Shown here piece after piece: positions 18,157 through 30,189 of a DNA stretch of 64,000 nucleotides. How positions within the stretch are numbered: position 1 is the stretch's first letter; the number at the start of each line of letters is the position of its first letter. The position numbers were made by a program, and so were the translations under genes. A model generated the notes under the pieces. The model saw only the letters and a program-made list of their open reading frames with translations, was not told where the DNA came from and made no database searches. Source of the stretch: Nannocystis bainbridge (GTDB taxonomy: Bacteria > Myxococcota_A > Polyangia > Nannocystales > Nannocystaceae); contig NZ_JAQNDL010000002.1 of NCBI RefSeq assembly GCF_028368995.1, positions 417,724-481,723 of the forward strand, given 5' to 3'.

Positions 18157-18334
18157 CCCGCGGTCGAGACGCAGCGCTGCTTCGAGACGGGTTTTGGTGA
18201 TATGGCCTGCAGGCCCAGTCAGGCCCCTATAAGGGCCCGAATTCGAGGGCTTGTATCGCAGACGATGCCGGGAACCCTGTCCCAGGAGAACGGAGATCTT
18301 GACGACGCGGACGCCTCCGTCCATGCGCCCTTCG

Positions 18335-18748
18335 TTACACCACGGGAAAGTTCACGACCGTCAGTTGTCCTCTGAAGCTTCCGGCTCCGTCGCCCGGCAC
18401 GATTACCGGCACATTCGCGAAGTCCAGGTTCGGCACGTCCTGGGTGATGTGGAGCGGCTCACCTTCGGGATCCGTGGTAGTGCAGTCGGTGCCCTCGAGC
18501 AAAGTAAACGTAGCGCCGAGCTGGACGGTTGTCCCATCACCGAGCAAAGCGCCTGTAATCTGAACGACGAGCCGGACTTCATCACCCGCACACGGGTAAT
18601 CGACATTGATCAAGCTGATCACCTGACCGGGGCCTCCGACGACGGCGGCGCCCTCGAGAGCGACCGGCGCGGTCTCATCGGTCCACGGCCAGTTCTCGTC
18701 GTCAGTCAGCGTTCCGGTCAGCTTGACAGAGATCCTCTGCGCCATTTC
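18335..18748 (-). CDS. Hypothetical protein (138 aa), in low-GC segment
   Basis: Strong SD GAGGAGCG 5 nt upstream of ATG (MAQRISVKLTG...). Beta-rich composition. Lies in an 18.16-19.5 kb lower-GC stretch. Confidence 0.5.
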   Translation of the reverse strand, partial: EMAQRISVKLTGTLTDDENWPWTDETAPVALEGAAVVGGPGQVISLINVDYPCAGDEVRLVVQITGALLGDGTTVQLGATFTLLEGTDCTTTDPEGEPLHITQDVPNLDFANVPVIVPGDGAGSFRGQLTVVNFPVV

Positions 18749-19476
18749 ACGCTCCTCTCGCTTCAAAGTATGGAGCAGGAATTCTCCGGTGAAGGTGGCG
18801 AGGTGATCAATGGCATACCCTCCGGAACCGTCTCTTGGCATGCCACGCGCGGAAGGGCCCGTATCGCCGCGGGCGAGTGCTGCGCAGGCGAAGACCGTTC
18901 CTTTGCTCAGTTCGCCGCTCGATCCGTTACCGGCATCCTCTTGGAACGTCGAGTGCCTGTCCCAGCATACGATCTCGCATCACTTGAATTCGGTGGGGCG
19001 ATATCATGAGTGACGACGGTAAAGCCACTCGACTGGATGGAACGAGAAGGCTGTCGGCGCGCTCAGGGTGTGCGATCTGTGATGCACGGCGTGTACGTAT
19101 CTGAACCTCAAACGTGTAAACCAGGCGCAGAAATGTCTGCACACCGACGACGGGGAGAGATGGGCTGTCGAAGCGTACGATCGTGAGGCTCCGCGCGATG
19201 TCGCTTGTCAGCGCATTACTTCGGGCGATCCCCCTTGCGAGCCGGACGGACCGCAGTGGGAGAAGCGACGATGGCCTGTTCACGCTGCGGCGCACGCTCA
19301 GCACCGTGGCTCCGCCGTCACTGGCTGCCTTCCTCCCGCCTGCCGTGATCGCTGTCGACGCTGGCTCGACGGCCCGACACCCGCTCATCATGGGTGCGTC
19401 GCCCCCGTTCGTCGTCCGCGGTCGCGTGAGGGCTGTGCTGGAACGCTCGGGACGACGGGAGCGTGGCGTCGCCCCG

Positions 19477-20097
19477 CTACCCCTCGCAGCCCCAGGGGAC
19501 CGCGGTGCCGCAGTCGGAGATGAGCCCTTGCTCGCCCTCCGCCTCGGCGCATTTTTGGAGGCAAAGCTCGCCGCGACGGAGCGGCTCGCCGGCCGCGGTC
19601 AAAAAATCGACCTCCGCGTCGTCCTTGCCGACTTGCTTCAGGTATAGCGAATCACAATCGGGCCCTATCTCGATAAAGAGTCGGTCGATGCCGCCGTGCG
19701 GCATGAACTCGTGCGAACCACCGGCCGGCTCCAAAAGGATCACGCCGTCGACGGGCCCGCTCGGCCGATACTCGTAGGAATGCGGGCCCCAGGCGCAGCT
19801 CTCGGTGCGGAGCGTCGCCCCGTCGGGACGTAGCTCGAAGCGCGTGAAGCCGAACGCGCTGCCGCCGTTTTCCCACGACGCCGGAACGTTGACCGGGAAC
19901 TGATCAGAGAGGGCGTACCACGGGCCGTACCATGGTTCGAGTTCGACGGCGTCGCCGTTGGTGCCGGTGCCCGTCGACTCCGAGATACCCCCGGTCTCCG
20001 CCGTCCCCGCCTCGCCCGCCTCCTGAAGCCCGTGGCCGGAGACGTCCGAGTCCCATTCGCTCGGCGTACAGGCCAGCGTCATGACGGACAGCAGCAT
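19477..20097 (-). CDS. Hypothetical lipoprotein
   Basis: MLLSVMTLAC lipobox at chosen ATG. Trp/Tyr/Cys-containing secreted-type composition. Lower GC than background. Confidence 0.55.
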   Translation of the reverse strand: MLLSVMTLACTPSEWDSDVSGHGLQEAGEAGTAETGGISESTGTGTNGDAVELEPWYGPWYALSDQFPVNVPASWENGGSAFGFTRFELRPDGATLRTESCAWGPHSYEYRPSGPVDGVILLEPAGGSHEFMPHGGIDRLFIEIGPDCDSLYLKQVGKDDAEVDFLTAAGEPLRRGELCLQKCAEAEGEQGLISDCGTAVPWGCEG

Positions 20098-20516
20098 CGC
20101 CGATAAAGGGGCTGATAGGCATTGTATGCGCCTGTACGTCCTTCGCGTATGTGCCACAGGATAGATGGTTTTTGGCACGTGCGAGGCTACCTGGCATACG
20201 GTGCAACGCAATATTTGGGGAGGTCGAGGCCACAAAAGAAGCATCCTTATCGGCGAACCTAGCCGACTTCAGGTCCTCGGTGCAGCGGGTAAACTCCGTA
20301 AACTTTTGGACGCGCAGGGGCTGCGCTCCCCTCGGTCTGCTCCCAAGAGTTCGTGGCCCTGGAAGTCACGGGGAGGTCGGATCGAGGGTATCGAGCGTCT
20401 GCGCCGTGGTAGACCATGTTCTCGGTGCTGCATGATCGATTGACTCGGGACCCACGAGCGACGCCCTGAAGCTGCCCGATTTGGTGGACACCCTCGATGA
20501 GCCGGGGACCCGCCGA

Positions 20517-21008
20517 TCAGCCCTTCGCGTCGCGGACGTCTTCGCCCCGCTCGGCGAACGCCTTGAAGTCCTGCATGTGCTGCTGCGACTGCTTGCGGAA
20601 GGCGCCGGGCATCAGGAGTCCCACCATTCGCATCATCAGGCCGCTGAACCGGTACTCGCTCTCGCTCTCCCAGAGCGTCGTCTGCGGGCCGGCTTCGGTC
20701 AGCCGGTCGCGTACGGCGCTCCACATGCCGCCGCCGACGATCTCGCGTTCGAAATGGACGACGCTCGCACTCGGAATGTCGTGCAGGTCCACCGGTTCCC
20801 GGCGTGTGACGGTCTCGGTGCCCTCGAACTTCTGGTTGCCCATCTGCAGCACGACCCGCGACGTGGTGCCGGCGTGGCCGTGCGCCCCTTGGAGCGGCTC
20901 GTGCAGCACCAGGCCCCGTAGCCACTTCGGCAGATGTGCCGGGTCTGCGAGCAGCTGGGCCGCCCTCTCCCGCGGCAGGGCGAGCTCGATCGATACGGTG
21001 TACTTCAT
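20517..21008 (-). CDS. SRPBCC (START/polyketide cyclase-dehydrase/AHSA1-like) family protein
   Basis: 163 aa. Pattern MKYTVSIELALPRERAAQLLADPAHLPKWL...VTRREPVD...HFEREIVGGG is typical of the polyketide_cyc2/SRPBCC fold. Confidence 0.7.
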   Translation of the reverse strand: MKYTVSIELALPRERAAQLLADPAHLPKWLRGLVLHEPLQGAHGHAGTTSRVVLQMGNQKFEGTETVTRREPVDLHDIPSASVVHFEREIVGGGMWSAVRDRLTEAGPQTTLWESESEYRFSGLMMRMVGLLMPGAFRKQSQQHMQDFKAFAERGEDVRDAKG

Positions 21009-21289
21009 GCGGAGCGCTCCAGGTTCTCGAGTGGACGGAGGGGCAATATCCGTACCGTTTTATACGCGAAGGTCAACCTCTGGATCGAGGGCGAGCCAGT
21101 GGCGCCACAACCGCGACTTCGGCTACTCGGGGCAGGTCTGGAAGTGTTCCCCGTAGGCGCAGCGTTCGCGTGCCGGCTCGGTCGGCGGCTTGCCCAGTGC
21201 TCGGCCCCGGTGCCGCCGAGCGCCTGAAATTTCGGTCAGGCAGCTCTCCGAAATTTCAGTAAGACCGCCACGACCGGCTGCGCGACGCT

Positions 21290-22195
21290 TCATACCGGGC
21301 GCACGACCGATTTTTTGAGTGTCTCGACGAATAGACGCAGAGGACCGGAGCGCTGGGCGCGGCTGGGGTAGTAGAGGTAGAAGCCGGGTACTGTCGGCGC
21401 GTACGGTTCGAGCACCCGCTGCAGCCGCCCGGCGCCCAGCTGCTCGAGGATCATCGGCTCGAGCGCGTACGCCAGGCCCAGGCCCTGCTCAGCCATGGAC
21501 ACGGTCAACAGGTTATCGTTGGCGACGACGGCCCCTCGCACCGGGATGCGCCAGTTACGGCGCCCACGCTCCAATTCCCACGCGTAGAGCGTTCCGGTGC
21601 TCTGCGAGCGGAAGGTGATGCACTCGTGTTGCAGGAGATCCTCGGGGCGCGCGGGCGTACCGTGGCGCGCGAGATAACTCGGCGCCCCGACGACCACGAA
21701 GCGGAACGCGTCGGTGAGCCGCACCTGCACCATGTCGCGCTCGATGGCCTCGCTGAGTCGCACGCCAGCGTCGAAGCCTTCCGCGACGATGTCGACGAAG
21801 CGGTCCTCGACGGTGACCTCGACCTCGATCCGCGGATGGCGCTCGCGGAAGGTAGGGAGCGCCGGGGCGATCACGAGCGGGTAGGCCGCTCGCGGGACCG
21901 ACAGCCGAAGCCGCCCGACCGTCTCTCCCGGACCCGCGGAGACCTCGGTGAGCGCCGCGAACACCTGGCTCAACGCCGGACCCGCACCCTCGACGAGGCG
22001 CCGCCCCGCGTCCGTCAGCGACACGCTGCGCGTCGTGCGGGTCAGGAGCACCACGCGCAGCTGCTTCTCGAGCTGCTGCACCGCCTGACTGACCGCGGAC
22101 CTGGACACGCCGAGCTCGCGCGCGGCGCTGCTGAAGTTGCCCAGGCGCGCGACGGCGAGGAACGTCTGGAGCTGTGGGAAAGGTGCCGCGTGCAC
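21290..22195 (-). CDS. LysR-family transcriptional regulator
   Basis: HTH LQTFLAVARLGNFSSAARELGVSRSAVSQAVQQLEKQL plus a typical LysR substrate-binding domain. GTG start chosen ~6 aa before the HTH; the ORF extends further upstream, so the start is uncertain. Divergent from the oxidoreductase operon. Confidence 0.85.
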   Translation of the reverse strand: MHAAPFPQLQTFLAVARLGNFSSAARELGVSRSAVSQAVQQLEKQLRVVLLTRTTRSVSLTDAGRRLVEGAGPALSQVFAALTEVSAGPGETVGRLRLSVPRAAYPLVIAPALPTFRERHPRIEVEVTVEDRFVDIVAEGFDAGVRLSEAIERDMVQVRLTDAFRFVVVGAPSYLARHGTPARPEDLLQHECITFRSQSTGTLYAWELERGRRNWRIPVRGAVVANDNLLTVSMAEQGLGLAYALEPMILEQLGAGRLQRVLEPYAPTVPGFYLYYPSRAQRSGPLRLFVETLKKSVVRPV

Positions 22196-22435
22196 GGGCG
22201 AGGCCGCCGACGATGTGCCTTGTGTGAAGGTCCCGTCCGGGCGTGTCAAGGAACGAGCGAATGGAGCGCGGTCGAGGCTGGCGAGCCATGTCGCGGCGAG
22301 CGGGTCGGGCACGCAAGGCGTGTCGGCGCCTCACGACGGCAGGCGCCCGCAGAGGCCCGCTCGGGGCGCTCAGGATGAGTTTGCTTCCCGGCGGACGACC
22401 CGCACTGCCCGGCCGCTCGTAGGCCCCGGTCGACT

Positions 22436-22452
22436 GTCAAGCAGGGCTTGAC
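22436..22452. promoter_or_regulatory. Inverted repeat GTCAAGC-AGG-GCTTGAC (candidate LysR box) in the lysR/adh divergent intergenic region
   Basis: Perfect 7-3-7 palindrome flanked by T...A, located between the LysR start (22195) and the ADH start (22614). Confidence 0.4.
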
Positions 22453-22613
22453 GGCCTGTAGGCCGCGCGGCGCCTAGTCCGAGGCGAGCACCGGGCGCAT
22501 GATTCTTCGCGCTCCGGCAAGCGGCGCACACACGGTGCGTACGCCCGGGGAGCGTCAGCCCGCGACGAGCAGTACGGGCGCTGACCGCAACCGCGAAAGG
22601 GAGCAGAGCCATC

Positions 22614-23648
22614 ATGCGTGCAACTATCATGTACGGCGCCGGCGACGTCCGCGTCGAGAACGTCCCCGACCCGTCGATCGTCGAGCCGACGGACGCGATC
22701 CTTCGCGTGGTCCGGGCCTGCATCTGCGGCAGCGACCTCTGGCCCTACCACGACATGACCCCGAGCGACGCGGGGCAGAGCATGGGTCACGAGGCGATCG
22801 GCGTCGTCGAGGCGGTCGGCCGTGACGTCCGGACCGTGAAGCCCGGCCAGGTCGTCATCATGCCGTTCGCGATCTCGGACGGGACGTGCACGTTCTGCCG
22901 GGAAGGGCTGCCCACGGCCTGCGTGCACGGCGGGTTCGTCGGCAACGGCGGGATGAACGGCGCGCAGGCCGAGGCGCTGCGGATCCCGTTCGCCGACGGG
23001 ACGCTCTACGCGATCGATGTCACCGAGAGCGACGCGCGGCTGCCGGGGCTGCTCACGCTCTCCGACGTGATGGGCACGGGCCACCACGCGGCGGTCGTCG
23101 CTCGCGTCGCGCCGGGCCACCGCGTCGTCGTCGTCGGCGACGGTGCCGTGGGTCTCTGCGGTGTCATTGCAGCGAAGCGTCTCGGAGCGGAGCAGGTCAT
23201 CCTCATGGGCCGGCACGAGGACCGGATCGCGCTCGCGCGGGCGTTCGGCGCCACGGACGTCGTCCCCGAGCGCGGCGAGGAAGGCGTCGCCCGCGTGCGC
23301 GAGCTGACCGGTGGGCACGGCGCCCACTCCGTGCTCGAGTGCGTCGGTACCGGCGAGGCGATCAAGACCTGCGTCGCGGTCGTGCGTCCCGGCGGCGCGA
23401 TCGGGCGGGTCGGCGTCCCGCATTACCCGGCGATCCCCGGCGCGGACACGATGTTCTTCAAGAACGCGATCGTCGGCGGCGGCCCGGCTCCGGTGCGCGC
23501 GTACATCCGCGAGCTCTTGCCCGAGGTCCTCGAAGGCAAGATCGATCCCGGGCGCGTCTTCGACAGCATCGTCGGCCTCGACGGAGTGCCGGACGGCTAC
23601 CGCGCCATGGACGAGCGCAAGGCGATCAAGGTGCTGGTGACGCCGTGA
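22614..23648 (+). CDS. Zn-dependent alcohol dehydrogenase (medium-chain dehydrogenase/reductase)
   Basis: GHEAIGVVEAVG, the C-x2-C-x2-C-x7-C structural-Zn motif and the Rossmann motif VVGDGAVGL. SD AAGGGAG upstream. Confidence 0.9.
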   Translation: MRATIMYGAGDVRVENVPDPSIVEPTDAILRVVRACICGSDLWPYHDMTPSDAGQSMGHEAIGVVEAVGRDVRTVKPGQVVIMPFAISDGTCTFCREGLPTACVHGGFVGNGGMNGAQAEALRIPFADGTLYAIDVTESDARLPGLLTLSDVMGTGHHAAVVARVAPGHRVVVVGDGAVGLCGVIAAKRLGAEQVILMGRHEDRIALARAFGATDVVPERGEEGVARVRELTGGHGAHSVLECVGTGEAIKTCVAVVRPGGAIGRVGVPHYPAIPGADTMFFKNAIVGGGPAPVRAYIRELLPEVLEGKIDPGRVFDSIVGLDGVPDGYRAMDERKAIKVLVTP

Positions 23649-24707
<1,059 letters not shown>

Positions 24708-24823
24708 GCGCGTCCAGGAGCGGCGGCGAAGGACCCCATTCCGGGCGTCTCGGAGTGATCAGGGGTCCGCGAGGAGCTCTCACTGGTCGCGCTTCGCCAT
24801 CAAAAAGCATGGAGAGACGAGAC

Positions 24824-25591
24824 ATGAATCCAACGTATGACTTCAAGGGCCAGGTGGCCTTCGTGACCGGCGCGGCGATGGGAATGGGGCTCGCCACGGC
24901 CCGCGCCTTCGCAAAGAGCGGCGCGTCCGTGGTGCTGGCCGACCGCGAAGGCGAACTCGCAGTCAGGGAAGCGGCGAAGATCGTCGAGGAAGGCGGCGTC
25001 GCCATCGGCGTGCGCTGCGACGTCACCGACGAGGCGCAAGTCGCCGCCGCGATCGAGCGGGCGGTCGCCGAATACGGCCGGCTCGACATGGCGTTCAACA
25101 ATGCCGGCATCCAGGTGCCGCCGAGCGATGTCGCCGACGAATCGGCCGAGAACTTCCATCGCGTCACGGCGGTCAACCAGTTCGGCGTATGGGCGTGCAT
25201 GAAGCACGAGCTGCGCGTCATGCGTGCGCAAGGGTCGGGCGCCATCGTCAACTGCTCGTCGCTCGGTGGATTGGTCGGCCTGCCCGAGCGCGCGGCCTAC
25301 CACGGCACCAAGCACGCCGTGTTGGGCATGACCAAGAGCGCAGGCGTCGAATATGCGCCGCGCGGCATCCGCATCAACGCCGTCTGCCCCGGCACCATCG
25401 ACACGCCGATGGTGCAGGACATGCTGAAGGGTCAGTCGGACGCGATGGCCGAGATCATGAAGCAGCAGTCGATTGGGCGGCTCGGTCGGGCCGAGGAGGT
25501 CGCGGCCGCCGTGCTGTGGCTGTGCAGCCCGGGCGCGAGCTTCGTGATCGGCGTCGGCTTGCCGGTCGACGGGGGCTTCACCGCGCACTGA
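24824..25591 (+). CDS. SDR-family short-chain dehydrogenase/reductase
   Basis: TGAAMGMG (TGxxxGxG), NNAG, catalytic Y-x3-K (YHGTKHAV) and PG motif. SD GGAGAGA. Confidence 0.9.
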   Translation: MNPTYDFKGQVAFVTGAAMGMGLATARAFAKSGASVVLADREGELAVREAAKIVEEGGVAIGVRCDVTDEAQVAAAIERAVAEYGRLDMAFNNAGIQVPPSDVADESAENFHRVTAVNQFGVWACMKHELRVMRAQGSGAIVNCSSLGGLVGLPERAAYHGTKHAVLGMTKSAGVEYAPRGIRINAVCPGTIDTPMVQDMLKGQSDAMAEIMKQQSIGRLGRAEEVAAAVLWLCSPGASFVIGVGLPVDGGFTAH

Positions 25592-25690
25592 GCGGAGAGG
25601 CGAGGGGGTCTCGCGGGCAGCTGCGCATCCGGAGCCCCGGGCCAGCGCAGACACCCCCTGGGGGCCGGGCGCTCATGGTAGGCTGGTGCC

Positions 25691-26584
25691 ATGTCGTTTC
25701 GCGTCCCGGTGTACTTCAGCCCGGACTACGTCCTGGCTCGCCACGAGTTCGACACCACGCGCAAGGCGTCGTGGGTGTACGAGTCGCTGGCTGCGGCGCC
25801 GATCGCCGGGATCGAGGTGCGGGCGCCGGAGCCGCTGACTGCGGCCGGGCTGGGCGAGGTGCACGATCCCGAGTACGTCGAGGCGGTCCGCTGCGGGGAG
25901 CCGCGCGAGCTGGCCGAGTCGCAGGGCTTCGCCTGGGACCCCGCGCTTTGGGCGATGGTGCGGGCGTCGAACGGCGGGGCGGTGGCGGCGGCGCGGGCGG
26001 CGTTGGTCGAGGGTACTGCGGGGTCGTTGTCGAGCGGGCTTCACCACGCGCGGCGCCGCCACGGGGCCGGCAACTGCACGTTCAACGGGCTGGCGCTGGC
26101 GGCCCGCGCGGGGCTGCAGGCCGGGGCGGGGGAGGTGCTGGTGCTCGACCTCGACGCGCACTGCGGCGGCGGGACGCACTCGCTCCTGGCCGACGACCCG
26201 CGGGTGTGGCAGGTCGACGTGTCGGTCGACGATTACGACGCGTACGAGGCGTCGGAGCGGTGGACGCTCGACCTGGTGCGCCGGGCCGACGATTACTTGC
26301 CGACGGTGCAGGAGCGGCTGGCGGCGCTCGAGAGCGCGGCGCCGCGGTTCTCGTTGTGCATCTACAACGCGGGGATGGACCTCCACGAGCGCAGCGGCGA
26401 CGGGGCGCTGGCGGGCATCACCGCGGAGGTGCTGGCCGCGCGCGAGCGCCTGGTGTTCGAGTGGTGCCGCCGACGCGGGACCGCGGTCGCGTTCGTGCTG
26501 GCGGGCGGCTACATCAGCGCGACGCTCGACCGCGCGGAGCTGGTCGGGCTGCACCGGCTGACGCTCGCGGCGGCGTGCGGGTGA
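25691..26584 (+). CDS. Histone deacetylase / acetoin-utilisation (arginase-deacetylase superfamily) protein
   Basis: SGLHHARRRHGAGNCTFNGLALAA and VLVLDLDAHCGGGT correspond to the HDAC-family catalytic His pair and Zn-binding Asp-x-His. Confidence 0.8.
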   Translation: MSFRVPVYFSPDYVLARHEFDTTRKASWVYESLAAAPIAGIEVRAPEPLTAAGLGEVHDPEYVEAVRCGEPRELAESQGFAWDPALWAMVRASNGGAVAAARAALVEGTAGSLSSGLHHARRRHGAGNCTFNGLALAARAGLQAGAGEVLVLDLDAHCGGGTHSLLADDPRVWQVDVSVDDYDAYEASERWTLDLVRRADDYLPTVQERLAALESAAPRFSLCIYNAGMDLHERSGDGALAGITAEVLAARERLVFEWCRRRGTAVAFVLAGGYISATLDRAELVGLHRLTLAAACG

Positions 26585-27108
26585 ACGTGAGCCTGCAGCC
26601 CGAAAGAACCGCGACAGCCGGCTGCCGATCGCGCGTCAGACCTCGCAGATGCACCGCGTAGTGGCCGTCACGCTTCGTCGACACGGGTCCACCGCGACTG
26701 GGTCTACGACCTCGGACCGTTCGTCTTCGATCGCCAGGCTTACGAGCGCGCGCTCGCCGAGTGACCCGCGGCGCGCGAGCTCCACCTTCTCCGCGGTCGT
26801 CGGGTTGTCCGTCCTCGAACCAGGGCACGCACTCCGAGCCGGCGTCGTCACACGCCGGCATCGTCAGAGCGCAGAAGTTCAGGCGACGAAGGGCCGGATC
26901 GCCGGGCGAGCCGCAGGCGCCGGCCGTTCGCTCACCGCCGACGAGGCGCGCGGTCGCAGCGAGCGACCGCGCGGCTGTGGACGGCGGAGCCACACCCGTC
27001 CGCCGCGTGTGGACCGCGGAGCCACAGACGCGCGGCCGGGGCCACGACATCGCGTGCACTGGGGTGGCACGGTCGGTGCATTCCGAGTCGGCACACCCGA
27101 GGAAACTC

Positions 27109-27510
27109 ATGCGCTTCCATACCCTCCTGAAGACCGCCTGCCTGTTCACACTCCTGCCCCTCGTCGCCTGCGACGTCGCGGACCTCGACGCCGAGAGCGT
27201 CCGCGTCGAGCATCTCGCCGAGGAGGACGTACCCCCGCCGCCGAGCGCCCTGCGCGACGCCCCGGCCGACGAGGACGCCGAGGGCATCTCGCTCGACCCG
27301 AGCCTCGAGGTCGCCGACGCGGGCGACCCGAGCGCGGCCACCTGCTTCACCGGTCAGGTGCAGTGGCAGGACAGCCCGAGCGGCATCTGCGGCGGGTGCC
27401 TGATCAACAACGCGTACCCGGGCCAGAAGTACAACCGCTATTACCGCACGTGTCAGAACGGGGCCTGGGGCTCGTGGACGTACTACAACAGCCCGTGCGT
27501 TGACTGCTGA
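27109..27510 (+). CDS. Small secreted lipoprotein with Cys-rich aromatic C-terminal domain
   Basis: SD GAGGAAA, then MRFHTLLKTACLFTLLPLVAC (lipobox). Acidic linker, then CFTGQVQWQDSPSGICGGCLINNAYPGQKYNRYYRTCQNGAWGSWTYYNSPCVDC (6 Cys, many Tyr/Trp). Confidence 0.55.
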   Translation: MRFHTLLKTACLFTLLPLVACDVADLDAESVRVEHLAEEDVPPPPSALRDAPADEDAEGISLDPSLEVADAGDPSAATCFTGQVQWQDSPSGICGGCLINNAYPGQKYNRYYRTCQNGAWGSWTYYNSPCVDC

Positions 27511-28325
27511 GACCTGGCTCGCCGCCCGTCACCGTGCCCGTGGCGGTGGCGGCGGGATCGCCGGCGCGCAAGCGCGTCGCCGATGGGAGCGCCGCGACAT
27601 GTCTTTATGGACAGGTCGCGGCGCTGTCGCTTCCGGGGAGGCGGATCCCGTTGCCGCCGGCGACCCGGTCACGGTTCGAAAGGCGGGAAGCCGCAGCAGC
27701 TCACGCCCTTGTCCCCGAGCCCCTGAGTGAGCGACAGTCGGCTCGTCGGCTCGTTAGCGCATCTGGAACCGTTCCACTGGGAAGGCCACGTAGGAGTGCC
27801 TGTGAATGGCTACGACGCTGCTCTGCGCGAGATAGTTGGTGATGTGGTGTCCTCGTGGAGCTAGACCTTCCTACGGGCCCGTATACGAGAGGTCGTCTCG
27901 AAACTGCCCGGATCGCGACGGTCCTGGCGATGCGTTGATTCCGCCGCGCTCGGTCGACGGCGCGAACGCCTGGACCGGCGCGACCTGGCTGTGGGCAGCG
28001 GAGCTCGACGAGGTCTGCAAAGCCTATCAGGGGCGTCAAGGTCATCCTGCGGGGGAGCTCGAAGCGATCGCAGCTGCGATGCACCGACTGAACGGGAACG
28101 CTTCACAACGCACTCGCTGCGTGTTCCGCTTCTTCTAGCGCAGGGCCGTTCCGCCGCAGCGGTTGCCCCCTCGGCCGCCTCGCGGGCGACGGCGAGGTCG
28201 TGCGCACGTGGGAGCGGCTCGACCGCGCGCTGCTCGACGGCCGCCTGCCTGCGCTGCAGCACGGCCGCCCGGAGTTCCCGCTGCGCGGCGACGGCTCGGC
28301 ACTCGAGCGTGAAGCCGAGGCCGTG

Positions 28326-29867
28326 TCAGCAGCCTGGTGCGAGCCCCTCGGGGCCGAGGCTCCACGAACCCTTCAGGCTCGCCATCGGCAGGCGCAGTGG
28401 AGATTTCCGCCGGGTGCGCCCGAAGTCGCTGGTCTGCCAGGAGAGGCTGCGCACGAGATTGACGGCGAGGCAGCGCGGCGGTCTGGGCGCGAGCGAATAC
28501 TCGTACTCCCAGCCGCCCTCGCTGCGCAGCATCGCCATGCCTCGCACCGGCAGCGGCAGCCGGCCGGCGGGGCGTAGCCCCTCGCCCTCGGCGACGAAGA
28601 TCGTCAGCCGGCCGTCGGCGTAGGCGAGGCCGTCGCCGCCTGGGCGCTCGTGCGAGCCGAGCACGAGACCGACCATCTGTCCGTCGGGCCATATCAAGTG
28701 ATCGCGGACATCGTCGCCGTCGAGCGCGCTGAACTGCCAGCCGGACGGGAGCCGGCGGAAGATCCATGTCGCATCGGGTACTTGGCCTTGCGAGCCGTCG
28801 CCGTACTCGCCCGCGACGATCCACTCGGCCGTCAGCGAGCGGACCCACAGCGCCGCGAACTCGCCGCGGAACGGCGCGAGCGTGGCGGGCTCGAACCGCC
28901 GGTCGCCGACGAGCGGTCGCGGGCGTCCGCGCCGGCTGTTCGCACTGCCGACGACCGTCCAGCGGCCCGCGGCGTCGAGAGCCCATACCTCGAGCCGGTG
29001 ACCTGTCCATACGGTCATCTCCATCGGCGCGAACGCGTCGGCCCGATCGTCTGCGGATTCGCCGTTTTCGTCGTCCCGGGATTCGTCGTCCTTGCCGACA
29101 CGCAGGCCCGGCATGGCCTCGTCGATTTCGACCGGCGATGTCGACCAGCAGCCGCGCTTCGACGCGGCCTCGACGCACAGCACGCTCACCGTCGCGTTAC
29201 GCACGTGGACGAGCCGCGGCAGCGTCGCCAACTCCTCGTCGCCGATGACGATGTCCCAGCCGATCGGGTAGCTCTCTACCGAACTTCCGGCGGGCAGTTC
29301 GGCGAGCCACGCGCTCAGCTTGCGGGCGGTCGCTGCCGGGCGGGCCGCGAAGTTCAGGCCGCGCCACGGACCGTCGAGGCGCCGCTCATCCTCCTCGAAA
29401 TCGGGATCGACGTCCCCCTCGGCGGTGTCGGCGAGCCGCTGCTTCACCGCGGCCCAGCTCGCCTCGTCGAGGCGGGCGAGCGACGCCGTCAGCGAGTCGC
29501 CGGACGCCGGATCGATGCCCCCGAAAAACACGCGCCCGCCGAGGACGGTGCGTCGCGTCGGGCTGGCGACATCGTCGGTCACTCCGGGCACGAGCTCGAA
29601 GTCGGAGACGTGCCACGGCTCGCGCTGAACTACGCGCAGCGCCGGCGGGCAGGTGAACCCCTCGGGTGCCGGGTTACGCGCCAGCCAGGCCGCGAGGGCG
29701 CGCTGCTCGTCCCCCGCGCCGGCGGGGACCGTACAATGGCGTGGCGCCGCAGCAGCAGGCTCCAACTCGGCGGCAGGCGCAGGCGCAGGTGCAGTCGCCG
29801 CCTCCGGCCGATGCTCCGGTCGTTCGGGCGCGTGCTCCGGCGGACGGGTGCAGGCCGAGAGCACCAT
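28326..29867 (-). CDS. Hypothetical lipoprotein (~510 aa)
   Basis: MVLSAC lipobox at chosen start. Long non-artefact ORF. Start could be 31 codons further upstream. Confidence 0.5.
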   Translation of the reverse strand: MVLSACTRPPEHAPERPEHRPEAATAPAPAPAAELEPAAAAPRHCTVPAGAGDEQRALAAWLARNPAPEGFTCPPALRVVQREPWHVSDFELVPGVTDDVASPTRRTVLGGRVFFGGIDPASGDSLTASLARLDEASWAAVKQRLADTAEGDVDPDFEEDERRLDGPWRGLNFAARPAATARKLSAWLAELPAGSSVESYPIGWDIVIGDEELATLPRLVHVRNATVSVLCVEAASKRGCWSTSPVEIDEAMPGLRVGKDDESRDDENGESADDRADAFAPMEMTVWTGHRLEVWALDAAGRWTVVGSANSRRGRPRPLVGDRRFEPATLAPFRGEFAALWVRSLTAEWIVAGEYGDGSQGQVPDATWIFRRLPSGWQFSALDGDDVRDHLIWPDGQMVGLVLGSHERPGGDGLAYADGRLTIFVAEGEGLRPAGRLPLPVRGMAMLRSEGGWEYEYSLAPRPPRCLAVNLVRSLSWQTSDFGRTRRKSPLRLPMASLKGSWSLGPEGLAPGC

Positions 29868-30189
29868 AGCGAGCGAGGCGAACGACGAGCGCGCAGCGCG
29901 GGGCACCACCGCCGACGGTATCACGTCAGCGACTGCGAGCGTCCTGACTCCCCTCGGCACGGAGGCCGCCGAAGCGAGAGGTCGCCCGCGCGACCGCCTG
30001 CCCCTCGATCGGCGCCACGCTGGGCGGGAGCTCGGGGCACTGGTTCACGAAGCAGGTCGTCGCAGGCCACCACGGCGGGCCAGGTGTCGTCGTTCGCCTG
30101 CTGACCGCGCCCCGGGGGCGGCCGTCGACCTGATCCCGGAAACAGGCGCGACCGCTGGTGGGTGCCCGGGCGATGGTGTATGGGCGAGC

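Noticed and set aside
20173-20192. Sigma-54-like -24/-12 element (TGGCAT-N5-TGCAAC)
   Set aside because: Spacing is off by one from the TGGCAC-N5-TTGCW consensus, and it is on the wrong strand relative to the only nearby gene start (a minus-strand lipoprotein at 20097).
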